From positions 14,624,373-14,688,372 of the forward strand of contig MU053881.1 in NCBI GenBank assembly GCA_013239625.1: a DNA stretch of 64,000 bases. The letters run 5' to 3'. This DNA is from Lama guanicoe. Lineage: Eukaryota. Numbering within the stretch: position 1 is the stretch's first letter; each line of letters opens with the position of its first letter. The notes beneath the pieces are model-generated. The model was not told where the DNA came from, did no database searches, and saw only the letters and a list, made by a program, of their open reading frames with translations. Positions 38,701 through 54,603 of this stretch are shown here, one piece after another. The position numbers and the translations under genes are program-made.

Positions 38701-41700
38701 GGTTCCCCACTGGCCATGTCTTGGGTCTACTGGGCTATGGGCCGAGTCCCTTCTGCCCAGTGCTGACAGATGTGCTAATTTCCCAAGCAGGGAGGCCTGG
38801 ACCTCTGGGGATGAATTTCTGGGGCCCTACAGGGAGATTTTCTCTGGAACAAAGAGATAAACTTTGGGCTGTTCCTGCAGCTGCCACTGCAGCTTAGGGG
38901 ACATCACTGAGGGCCTTGGGTGGCTCAGGGCTCTGATCTGTGTGAGATGGCAGATTGGGGAGTCTTCCCCCAGCCCTGGAGGTAGGGGTCCCAGATTGTA
39001 TGGGAGGTGGGATGGGGCAGTGAGCCTCTGTTGGCAGTGGACAGGGAGGGCAGCTGGGTACTGCATGTTATTATGACATAGTTTCCTTCTGAGATGGGCG
39101 CTGGAACCTTCACAGGGTCGGCCCCTTGGCCTGAGAGAAGTGTGAGCACCATCCAGTTGGCTGGTGTGCTTTTGACTGTTGAGAGCAGGGGTCTCAAACT
39201 GGCGACCAGACAGGGCCTCATATTTGTTTTGTGAGCCATGAAGTGTTAAAAGGAAAACTAAACCAGTTGCCAATGTTTCTTCTGTTTGTTAAGCGGTTGT
39301 TTGCTCATTCAAGGAAGGGTGGTTGCCAGCCTACTGTGTGCCGGGTGTAGGGAAGCCTCCATCCCTGGCCTCATAGAGCCGACATCCTAGGAGGGCGACA
39401 TGATCATCAAAGAAAGTAGCATAGAAGCACAGAAAATATCTGGTAGAACTAAGTGCCACAGGGAGAGAGAAGTCTGATCTGGGGAAATACGCACCTCTGG
39501 GGAAGAGATTTTTGCCCAGGCTCGACAGATGTGTAGCAGCTTCTCAGACCTGGGTGAGCCTGAGAAGGATGTTTCAGGGAGAGGGCGCAGCACAGGCAAA
39601 GGCCTGGCGATGGGAAAGTGACAGGTCTATCTGGGGCTGGTGTTTCAGGTGTCTGGAAAGGGGCAGAAGGTGAGCTGGAAATTTGCCAGTAGATGAGGCC
39701 TCCCTAAAGAGGAGGGGCAGGTGAATGGATGCCTGAGGAGCCCCAGGGGGCCATGGTACAAGCAGGGAGACTGAGGCTCGGAACGTGTCAGGCAATGAGT
39801 GTAGAGTGGAGCCAGGATATGAATACTGGTCTAGCCAGACCCACAGTCACAGCCAGGCCCACGTACCTCTCAGCACATGGCCACACATGGCAGGTCCCTC
39901 CAAGGAGGGGTCTGTGGGGGAAGGTCTGAAGGTCCCCCACTGGGCCTCAGTTTCCCCATGGATGCCAGAGAGACCTATGCACAAAGGGACCCCCAAAGGA
40001 CCTTCTCCAGCTGGAACATTCTGGGTTTTTAGGATTCAGAGCCACATGAGGGTAACACACTCCACCCACAGACCCCCACAGTCTCCAGAAATACCCCACA
40101 GATCCCCATGATCCCCTGCCACCTGTACCAACGTAGCCTGTGGTCCCCATGCACGGTCCATATATGGGGGTCTCTGAGATCATCACCCCGGCACCTCACC
40201 CTCAGGACCCCCACCCCCCAGCCCACATCTCTCCCCCAGGGGGTGCTCCCATCCTGCCTCAGGAAGCCAGAGGATGGGCAAAACCACTGCAGGGGAGGGA
40301 GGCCCTACCTGAGTCTGGGGGCCTGCATGTAATGGGAGGACCAGCACAGATTTGGGGAGCTCTGCTTGTGTCTAGCGGGTTTGCATGTTGTGGGGGAGCT
40401 GGTCTGTTTGGGGGCATCTGCATATGTTGGGAGGTCTGTGGGCATTTGGGGGATTGGCGTGTTGGGGGCTCTGTGTGTGTCTTGGGGGGTCTGCAGGTAA
40501 TTGGGCATCCACGTGTGCAGGGGGACCTGAGTGTGTTTTGGGATTATGTGTGTTTGGAGAGCCGTGTGAGTTTGGGAGGGGTCTACATGTATCATGCACT
40601 ACATGTGTTTTGGGGACTCATGTATGCAGGGATCCATGTGTGTTTGGGGGTGATGCATGTGTTTGAGGATCTCCCTGTGAGCAGAATCTCCCAAACTCAC
40701 CCCCAACTGTACATATGAGGAAAGGGCTTCTCCCTGGCCCCCATGCCCCATCACCCTTCCTGGATCTGCAGGGGGCCCTCTGAGCTGGGCACTCAGGGCT
40801 GGGGAGAAGTGACCCCAAGACCTTCTGGGACAGGTCAGGGCCCAGTGATTACAAAAGCCACCTGCATAGGGAAGGAGAGATATGCCACTTCCAGAGCACC
40901 TACTGTAGAGCACTCCCCAGCTCAGGGATGTGCCCCCGACTCCTCATATTCAGGGGTAAGAAACTGAGGCCTGGAGAAATTTGGCCACACAGGAGTCACT
41001 GCCAGAGCCCACCCTCTCCCTAGGGCAAGTGAGTGGCTATTGTGGGCTGAGCCAGCCCCTAGGTCACCTACAGTGCCCCCCCACCTGGGCCACCATCTCC
41101 CTAGGCCCCCAGGGGAAGAGGCGGCCCAGGGGCCCCGGCTGGGGTGGGGGAGGGTCGCCAGCAGCTGGGGTCGGAGCTGCTTGAGCCCTCAAGAGAGGGG
41201 AGGGGGGGTCCCGACTTTCCAAGGGGCTCTTCCTGTCGCCTGTAATGAGGTACTTGGGGAGCAGGTGATGAAACCACCGCCTGGGTTGCATGAGGCGGGG
41301 CCGCCGGCCTGATTTGCTGCAGCGCCCAGGAGCAGCGCCCCCTCCCCGCTTCGCCGCGTCCCGCGGGCCCTCACCTCCCCACCACCACCCACCTGCCTCT
41401 CACTTCTCCTTTCCCCCTCTCCTTTCCCGGCCTGGGTCCCCCACCAAGCTGAGGCCTCTGGGCTCAAGGGTCTGGCAGGGTGGCTCTGCCACTTGGCCCT
41501 CCATTAAAGCCCCACTGGGAGCCTAGAAGAGGAACTTGACTGTTCCTGGTCTTTTCTCTCACAGCCTCATGGCAAAACCTTTGAGATCAGGATGCTGTGA
41601 CCCATTTTATGGAGGAGGAAATGGGGGTTTGCTGTCATCCAGCGTGTCGCAGTGACTGTCACTGGGGTCTTGCAACATGGCATGTTGACTCAGCGTCCCC

Positions 41701-42299
41701 AGTTCCAAGGCCCCTCTTCCTTCTGGCTAATGGGAGGCCAGAAGACAAGGTCCATAGAACGCCCTCCACTGCCCCCTCCTCCCCAGCTGGTGGGAGGATT
41801 CTCACTTCCATTTACAGGCGAGAAAATGGAGTCCTTCCATGGAGAGAGGCCAGCAGTGAAGGGTCAAGGAGAGGGTGGGATTCCTTCCAGCCCCCCCACC
41901 TCCAACTCCAAGAAAGGCATCTTAGAGAGAGGAGACAGTCATGGCCTGAAGGACACCAGGGGTGTTTGTTGATGAATTTACTGACCACAGGTATCACCTA
42001 AAAGAGTTTACAATGCTCCAGGCATTCACGAAATCTTCCTTCATCCCCCTACTTTTCCCCTGAACAGTGCTCAGGTCTAAAACCCCAAGCACCTTCCAAA
42101 CCCCAGGCATATGCCACTAGCATGTCCTGTCCCCTTGGTCACCAAACAGCCCATCTGTTTCAGCCTGCCTGCGGCCCCCATCCCAGTTCAGGCCCCACAT
42201 CTCCCACCAGGACACCTGCCCCAGCCTCTCCCTGTCACCTCACTCCTGCCCAGACAGGCGCTGCTCCTCATGGCAGCCAGGAGCAGAGGGGAGTTTTTT

Positions 42300-42915
42300 A
42301 AAAAAATCTTTTGGTTGAGATAAATCTCAGAGAAAAATGCAAAGATGATTGGAGTAGGGCTAAAAAGTTTGCACAAACTAAATACACTTGTGTACCCAGG
42401 CCCTGGACCAGGGACCAGAACACCCCAGCCCTGAGACTCCCGCTGTGCTGTTATAGTGTCTGCTCGTAGTGGCCACTGTGCTGATAGTCGCTGTACGTGA
42501 GCTTTGTCTGTTCTGGAACTTCACACAGATGGAATCACATGTTGTGTCCCCTTTATGAAGCCCAATGTTGTTGAATCGGCACAAGGTCTGGGAGATTCAC
42601 CTGTGTAGTTGCATGGAGCTGGAATGCATCCTTTTCCTGTGCTGTATAGTCCGTCTGCCATAGAACCTACCAGAAAGTATTTACCAATTCTCGAATGGAG
42701 AGCATTTGGGTCATTTCCAGTTCAGGGCTATGACGAACGAAGCTGCTGAGAACATTCTTGTCTGTGTCCTTTGGTAAAGCATGCACCCATTTAGGTGAAT
42801 ACTGAGGAGAGGGTTGCTGGGTCAGAGGGCAGATTCGTGTTCTGCTTTAGTAGATGCTGGAGAGTTTTCCAGAGGGGCTCTACCTGTTTCCCCTCCCACC
42901 AGCAATGTGTGAAAG
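42300..42915 (-). mobile_element. Degraded old L1 3' fragment
   Basis: Remnant motifs CATTTGGGTCATTTCCAG, GCTGCTGAGAACATTCTTG and TCCCACCAGCAATGT. Confidence 0.6.
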
Positions 42916-45900
42916 TACAAGGGGATTTTCAAACTGTTAAATCCCATTCTGACCCTCCCCTGCCCCCAAACTCTCCATGGCTCCCTCTTGCCCTCAGAAA
43001 AAGCCCACACTCTTCACTGTGGCCCATGAGGACCTACGTGGTCCAAACCCCACAACTGTCTCCACCACCATCCCCCTTCCACCTCCCCCTTGCTCACGCT
43101 ATCCAGCCACACAGACATCTTTGCTTTTTTCAAGATGCCAAACTGATGATCACTCTGGGCCTTTACCCATGCAGTTCCCTCTGCCAGGAATACCCTTTCC
43201 TCAGATAGTCCTCAAACTGACTCATCCTTTGCTTGGCTATGTCCCTCTTGTGCTTCAAGTCTCGGTTCAAATGTCACCTCTTCAGAGAGATCATGACTTA
43301 GGCAGTTCCCATTGTTTTCAAGGGTCTGAGGCCATTTAAAGAATGTTGCCCTTTTAATAGTAGGTCTCGAATCACTTTTCTAATTTTCTATGGTCATTGG
43401 TCTGTTTAAGCTTTCTATGTCTTTTCAGGTGAGTTTCTCGCAATGTTTGGCATGTGGTTGATGCTTGATAAATGCTAAGTAGGAGGTGCAAAGAAAGGGG
43501 TGAGGAGATACTGGACTCTTGGCCCCATCTGCTCAGACCCCTGGCAAGTCTTTCCACTGAGGCCCAACTATTTGCTTCCCCTTCGGAGATGCCCTCTTGG
43601 ATTTCTCCTGACTGTTCTTCCCTGCTCTGTTCCCAGATCATTGGGTCCATCTCTCTGCCTCTCTGCTGAGCCGATGCCACAAGCTCTCTGCTTTCTACCT
43701 GGACATTGGTGGGGGTAGGGGAAATATGTGCACAGAAGAAGCCTCCCCCAACCTCAGCCTCCCCCAACCCCAGCCTCTCCCTCGTGCCCTGCACATTTAG
43801 CACGCACCGCCACCTCCCCCAAGCAGTTCCGATCACGCCAACATCTGGAGAACGGGCCGCCAGGTCTGTCTGCGGCTCAGGGTGGGGATTTGCATGTAAG
43901 TACAAATATATATGCACACCCTGGGCCTTCCGCCTCCGCATTCCTTGGCTGACCCTTTACACCTGGGCCTGAGGCAGGGCAACGCTGTGTGGCTGGATTT
44001 GCATGCGCGTGTATTTCTGGGTAAGGAGTCAGCTGGGGGAGTCTGAGAGGAAGTTGTTGAGGGAAGCTGGGGGGAGTTCAGACGTGTCCCTGTTGACCTG
44101 CTCCATTCACCAGGTCTTCCCTGTCACCCCTGTGTCTGGTCCTGAGGGACTTCCAGCCTGGGGGAGAGGGAGAGCTGGATATACAGCACCACCAGGCCCG
44201 CAGGGTCAGAGCTGGAAGGGCAGGACAGGGGCTGTGGGAGTCCAGAGTGAGGGCAGAGGGGGCTTCCTGGAAGAATTGATTTTTTGAGCTGGGCTTTGAA
44301 GTGTGAATAGGAGTTGGCCAGGTACAGAAGAGGCAAAGGGACTTTTTAGGCAGAGACATTTTGTTAAAGGTAAAGAAAGGTAGGCAAGGGCTGACTGGGG
44401 CACGACCCCGAATGCCAGGTTGGGGGCTGAGACTTCCTTTTTCCTGAGGACGGTGAGGAGCCATAAAGAGCTGTGAACAGGAGGGGCATGATCAGAACTG
44501 TGTGGTGGGTAGATCCCTCAAAGGCCAGAGCTGGGGATGACTTTGGTTCCTGGGTAAGGATTGGGAATTCCAAGGTCACCAAGGGTCAGAAGAGTCAAAC
44601 CCCTGCATGAGCCCATCTGTGCCTATCAGGCCTGGCTCCAGGGATGGCAGAGGATCTGGTAGCTGCTGAAGGACCCAAGGAGCCCTGGAGAACAGTGACT
44701 TAAAGTGCATGGTGCAGGCCAAGTACAGAGGGGCCTCACCCCAACTCTGCCCAGATGGACACAGCCTTGGCCTCCCTCCAGTCTCCTGTTATCTCTATCC
44801 CTGCCTCCAGCAGTCTTGCTCCCCATGGCAGCCATGGCCATGGCCAAGTTTTACAATGATGAATCAAACCCCATCCCTTCTTGCCCAAACCCCACCCTTC
44901 ATGGCTCTCCATTGCTCTTAGACCAAAACCCACAGCTCTCCCAGCAGCTCAGAGGACCCAGATTGTCCCTGCATCAGCATCCTCTCCCCATCCTCCTCAC
45001 TCCAGCCTTGTTGATGAGTCTCCTCCCTCCTCAGGGTCTTTGCACCTGCCCTTTGCACATGTCCTTTTCTGATATGGGGACAGATGGAGAAGGGGCCAGG
45101 GTTGGATCTTCCAGGCCCAGAGACTCATGTCCTAGTCCCATGTTCCCATGGGACCCCAGGCGTGGGGGGCATTTCCGGAGTCATCTTGGCATGGAGACCT
45201 CCGGGCCAGTGCCCTCCTCCTGTCCCCAGGGACCCGTCGGGGCGGGGCTAATGCATCCCAGCCGTGGGAACTAGCCTGATTCCGGCCGGGGATTAAAATT
45301 AGCCCCAGAGGTTAAATTTAGCAAGTCAAGCTGGAGCTGCGGGGCTAAGGTGGGGGCTCCCATCAGCCTGGGCACTGCCTCATCGTGACCGCTCAGAGAT
45401 CCAGCCCGAGAAGGTGGAGGGTGTGCCTGCGGTCACATAGCGGTCTGCAAATGATGGGCTGGGGTCTGGGAAGCAGGCATGGCTACTTCCAGCCAGGCCT
45501 GCATTTCCCTACGCTTCCCAAGAACTCATCCCCAGGCCTTGTTCTGGGTACTGGGCACTTCATGCCCACCCCATTCACAGAACAGCAAAGTGAGGCCAAG
45601 GGAGAGGCTTCCCTGGCTGAGGACTGCCCATCTGGTCAGAGGCTGGCTGGGACCTGAGTTCTGACCCACTTCACCTTGGGCAAGCCTGTGGTGTGATCCC
45701 AGTCACCTGTGGCAGGGGAGGGCTGAGAGGTGGAGTGTGGTCATAGAAGTTGGCAGAGGTGGGTCTCAGGTCCCGGGGGCCACGAGGTGGCCATCTGTAT
45801 GGCGAGGTGGGTGCTGCAGACCGACAATATGATTCCTTGGTTCCCAGGAGCCCTGCATGGGGGCCGTGGGGAAAGGCCTGGACCCTGTCTTGGGGATATG

Positions 45901-46189
45901 CTGTCCTCACTGAGCTGTTCATTTTTACCCATGGGGCCCCCGCCAGGGAGATTTGAGATCCCTATGAGGAGGGTCCAGGGTTTCTCCCCAGTTGCCCTGG
46001 GCCCAAAGCCCCCCAGTCTGAAGGCTCCAAGCCTAAGGTCTTTCCAAGGTATTCCCCCTCCTCCTGCTGGAAAGTGGGGCAGGGGTTGGGGTTTCTGTTA
46101 TGTTCTCCCCTCCAAATTTCTAAAAAAGAAATCTATAATCACCGAGGGAGAAAAGTTAGAAAATTTAAATTATCAGAAAGAAAGAAAAA

Positions 46190-46475
46190 AAAAAAGACAA
46201 AAAGACCACCATTATATGATTCCATTTACAAGAAGCATCCAGAACAGGCAAATCCACAGAGACAGAAAGCAGATTATGGTTGCCAGGGGCTGAAGGAGAG
46301 AGATGGGGAGTGACTGCTCCCGGGTCTGGGGGTTACTTTTGGGAGGATGAAAGTTTCCAGAACTAGGCAGAGGTGATGGCTGCACAATGTTGTGAATACT
46401 CTAAACGCCACTCAATCACACACTTTAAAATGGCAAATGTTATATTATGTGACTGGCATCTCAATTTTTAAAAAC
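46190..46475 (+). mobile_element. Old L1 3' fragment
   Basis: TATATGATTCCATTTA...GGCAAATCCACAGAGACAGAAAG...GGTTGCCAGGGGCTG, similar to 18780-19000. Confidence 0.75.
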
Positions 46476-46900
46476 GGGGAAAAAACTCACCCATAAATTT
46501 CCACCCAGCGGTGACTCCCAGCATGAGCATTTCCTTCGAGTCTTTTTTCCACTCTCAATGCAATTTTTTAAATATATGTTTTATATATTTTTAACATATG
46601 TTTTCTGGTAACCACAGCCCTCAGCCTTGTTCATTGGAGGGCTATTGTGGGATTGCACAAGTTAAAAGGTGTTCGATGTGTGGACCAGGCTCACTTTCAG
46701 TGGCTCAGGATCACTGAGCACCGCTGGGTGCTGGCATTAGCTCAGCCTCCAGCCCGGCCTGTGAAGGGCTTTTAGGCTGTTGTCTATGTTCATAACAGCA
46801 GTGCATAAGTGGCACCTGCTGTGTTCTGGTCAGACCTGGATGCCCTATGTGGGTTAGCTCGTTTTACCCGCCAAGAGCATTGGGCAGTGCACAACACTGT

Positions 46901-47733
46901 GTTTTTAAATTGAAGTATAGTTGATTTACAATGTTGTGTTAGTTTCTGGTGTACAGCAAAGTGATTCAGTTATATATATATATATCCTTTTTCATACTCT
47001 TTTTCATTATAGGTTATTACAAGCTATTGAATATAGTTCCCTGTGCTATACACTTGGACCTTGTTTATCTATTTTATATATAGTAGTTTGTATCTGCTAA
47101 TCTCACTCCTAATTTATCCCTCCCCCTCCCTTTCCCCTTTGGTAACCATAGGTTTTTTATCTACGTCTGTGAGTCTGTCTTTGTTTTGTAAATAAGTTCA
47201 CTTGTATCATTTTTTTTATATTCCATGTATAAGTGATATCACATGATATTTGTCTGTCTCTGTCTAACTGACTTTACTGAGAATGATAATCTCTAGGTGC
47301 ATTCATGTTGTTGCAAATGGCATTAATTCATTTTTAATGGCTGAGTAGTATTCCATTGTGTGTGTGTATGTATGTGTGTATGTATATGTATGTGTGTGTG
47401 TATGTATATGCATGTATATATATATATATATATCACATCGTCTTTATCCTGTCATCTGTCGATAGTCATTTAGGTATATTCCATGTCTTGGCTGATGTAA
47501 ATAGTGCTGCTATGAACACTGGGGTGCACGTATCTTTTCAAATTAAGAGTTTTATCTGGATATGTGCCCAGGAGTGGGATTGTAAGATCATACGATAACT
47601 TCATACAGTAACTCTATTTTTAGTTTTTAAAGGAATCTCCATACTGTTTTCCATAGTGGCTGCACCAATTTACACTCCCACCAGCAGTGTAAGAGGGTTA
47701 CGTTTTCTCCAAACCCTCTCTAGCATTCATTGT
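46901..47733 (-). mobile_element. 5'-truncated L1 with target-site duplication in MEF2B intron 1
   Basis: Antisense L1 3' sequence flanked by GGCA(G/A)TGCACAACACTGT at 46883-46900 and 47735-47752; internal (TG/TA)n microsatellite at about 47357-47432. Confidence 0.88.
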
Positions 47734-48081
47734 TGGCAATGCACAACACTGTTATCACCACTGCACAGATAGGGAAGCCCTAGGGGGCCCCACAATTACC
47801 AGCTTGTCTTGCTTTAGAGCCTCAGGTGAGAGCATCTGCACCTCTCAATCTTTTCCCTTTGGTCAGCCTTCTCCTTATAAGGCCTGGGCCAGAGGTGTTC
47901 AATGAGCATCTACTGCATCCTGTGCTGGTCAAGGTGGGGGGCCCCTTCATCTCCCTCTCAGCACTGGGCAGGGGCAGCCAGAAGGTAGGCTGGTGTGCCT
48001 GTCCCCACTCTCTACCTCCCCACTCTTCTCTCCTCCTTCTCCTCAACCTCTAGACCAAGGTCACTCCACCCAGCCAAAACA

Positions 48082-51918
<3,837 letters not shown>

Positions 51919-52111
51919 TAGGCCCCAGGGGTGGCACCGATCCTGCCCCCCAGGCCAGGCTGAGTGAGGGCATGTGGGGTCTCAACCTCTCTCCCTGTGT
52001 CCTTGGAGAAGACCCAACAGTTGCGACCCTCTCCGCGGTTGTAAGAGGGGAAGGCTGGGTTCGGATTCGCAATTCTGGGCTCCTTTCCCCCTTCCTGTGT
52101 GTGTATCCATC

Positions 52112-52117
52112 AATAAA
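52112..52117 (+). terminator. MEF2B polyadenylation signal AATAAA
   Basis: Canonical hexamer about 195 nt after the stop. Confidence 0.75.
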
Positions 52118-54572
52118 ACACACGTGGCATCCATGGATGAAACTGTCGGGGCTCAGAGCCACGCTCCTGCCTGGGTCTTCTCATCTCTTCCCCAGGAGCC
52201 TCAATCTTGCCTTTTTTTGGTTTGGGGTACCTCCTCCAGAATCTGACCCTGAGAAGATTTGGGAGTGCTGGTAGGGGTGTGGGGGCCGGGACTTAAGGGG
52301 AGGAACCCTGCAGGGAGCCCAAGGAGCAGGTGACACCAAGCAGGTGACACCGTGGACAGTGGGTGCTCAGCCCACTGGGGGCCCTAGGGGACCACTGAGA
52401 GTGTGCACCTAGAGTGGTTCCACCACAGGGGCAAGAAGCTGGGCTATTTACCCTCCAACTCCTGAAGGTGTCCAGTGGAGGACTCGGGGGAAGCCCCAGG
52501 CTAGGTCACAATTGCTTGTAGCAAGAAGCAGTTAAGAAACGTGAACAAGGAAAAAACAGTTGAGCAGTATGCGTGAAGGAACGGCCACTACACTGTTCAT
52601 CCTTAAAATGGGCAGATCCCTTGATCTCTGGACCTAACAATTTCATTCCACTGGAGGGAAGAGAGACCCAGGCATTTATCCACCCACTTCCACATGATGC
52701 AAACTCCCTCCACTTTGGCCTGTCCTGTGTGAGGGCAGACTTGGGGGTCCAGGTGCCAAATGTTGCTCCGTCTGTTCCTCCCCTCCAGCTACCTCCCAGG
52801 TCTCAGTGGAATCTTTATAGCGCTTGGATCTGACCCCTGACCTTCTGGAACTCCTTGGCTGCCCCCACCCACTCTGTCCTCTGCCCTGAGGCCCCTAGAA
52901 ATACTTACTGTTCCAAGCTAGAGCCATGCTGTTCCTTCCTCCTGGGCCACCTCCCACAACTCCCAACTGGCCTCCTTTTTAGACTGCTTCCTACCCTCCA
53001 AGGCCCAGCTCCATGTTCCCTCCTCCAGGAAGCCCTCTGCACTGCCCCACACTGAGAAACAGCTCTGACAATTCTCAAAGGGTTTGCTTAGTGAAGATCA
53101 CTGATTTGGACAGGAATGTGAAAAAAAATACGGTGTTAGTATCAGTATTTCTAAGGTTTGTGTGTCCCCTCCCTTCTCCCCATCATTCTACTAAGATCCA
53201 AAGCTGATTGGTCCAGCTTGGCTTGGGGTGAATAAGTCAGCTTGACCAATAATTTCAAGACTTGTCCCCTTTTGTCACCCCAGCGCTCCTTAGAGGGGCT
53301 TTTTCCAAGGTTTTTTGCAAGGAATTGGATTTTTTCCAAAAATCCAATGCCTTGGATTTTACCCTTAGGGCACACAGACCTAGATGTGGATACAGAGGCA
53401 AATATGTGCATAAGAGGCTTCAAAATCAGTCACCTCCCTTTCTCCTGTACTCCCCCTCCCTAGCCAGGAATTTGGATGGACTCCCTAGAGGGGCAAGGAG
53501 AGAAGGGAACATGTGTAAAGTGATAGGACTTTTTGGTGAAGTGAGAGCATTTGCTTGAGTGGCCATATACATAGCACCATTCACATGCCAGACCCAGGAA
53601 GGGTTTGTCCTCTGAGCTTCCCAGTCTTTGACACTTTCATCCCCAGTGAAGTTGGGGTTCTGGAGCTCCAGTTTTCAGGGGAGGGACATGGCATGATCAA
53701 AGTTTATAAAAGCCACCCTCCCTGGGACTTCTGTGGCAGCGGGGTGGAACTGAGGTCCAGAGGAAAAAGAGGCAGGAGGCTGAGGGGTGACGGAGGGACA
53801 CCCCATGGTGTGTTTGGAGGGAGAGGCACCAGACCCGCAGATGGCTGGGATGTGGGGGTGAAGGGGAGAAGGTGTCATTGGCAGCTCGCTGCCCCCTCTT
53901 GCACAGGGAAGGCAGCAGAGAATGCAGAGGGTGTGGGGTGAACTCTGTGGAGTGTCTGAGTTAGGCTGGAATATTCTCTCACCCAATTCAGATTCAGGTC
54001 CTAAATCATCCCCACCTGCTCTCTTCTGTCCCTGCCTACCCTCAGAGGAGGGGTGAACCACTATCTCCACCCCAACCCATGACAGTGGACTCTGGGGATC
54101 CAGCCAAGCACACAGTGCCTGCCACAGCAGCACCATCACCACATGCGCCATGGTCACCATGCAGGTGCAAATTTCTCCATCTCGGTTACCTTTCTGGGGA
54201 TCCCCTTCCTCAGGTCACAAGGACCCTGGCCATCCACATGGGGTGGATAAACTGCCCACCTGGTGGCCTTCCACAGTGTTGCAGTCACAGCTCCCCATAC
54301 AACCAGACACAGGACTAGAGAGGGGCTTAAGAGGAAGAGAGAAGCCAAGCCAGCTGGTCTTCTGGGGAAAACAGAGGCATGACCAGAGTGGGCCCCTTTT
54401 CAGCCTCTGAATCTCACTCCAACGATGGATAAGAAGGTGGGTCAGTCCCTGAAGTCAGTGCCCACAGGCTAAGTGCCCAGAGTGGAGTTCATAAAAACGT
54501 GGATTGCTTTCAAAGGCTGGGGTGGGCCCCAGGGCCATTGGGTGTGGTTCTGCATCTTCATCCCTGGGTGGC

Positions 54573-54603
54573 TGCACTTCCAGCACTTGCCACTAGGTGG
54601 CAC
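54573..54603 (+). promoter_or_regulatory. CTCF site (core plus upstream motif) between MEF2B and TMEM161A
   Basis: TGCACTTCC, 5-nt spacer, TTGCCACTAGGTGGCAC; matches the CTCF core CCASYAGRKGGCRS with the upstream motif at canonical spacing. Confidence 0.75.

Noticed and set aside
52325..52360. Tandem AGCAGGTGACACC repeat and RE1-like CACC-GT-GGACAG
   Set aside because: Short local duplication; the RE1 left half is poorly matched.
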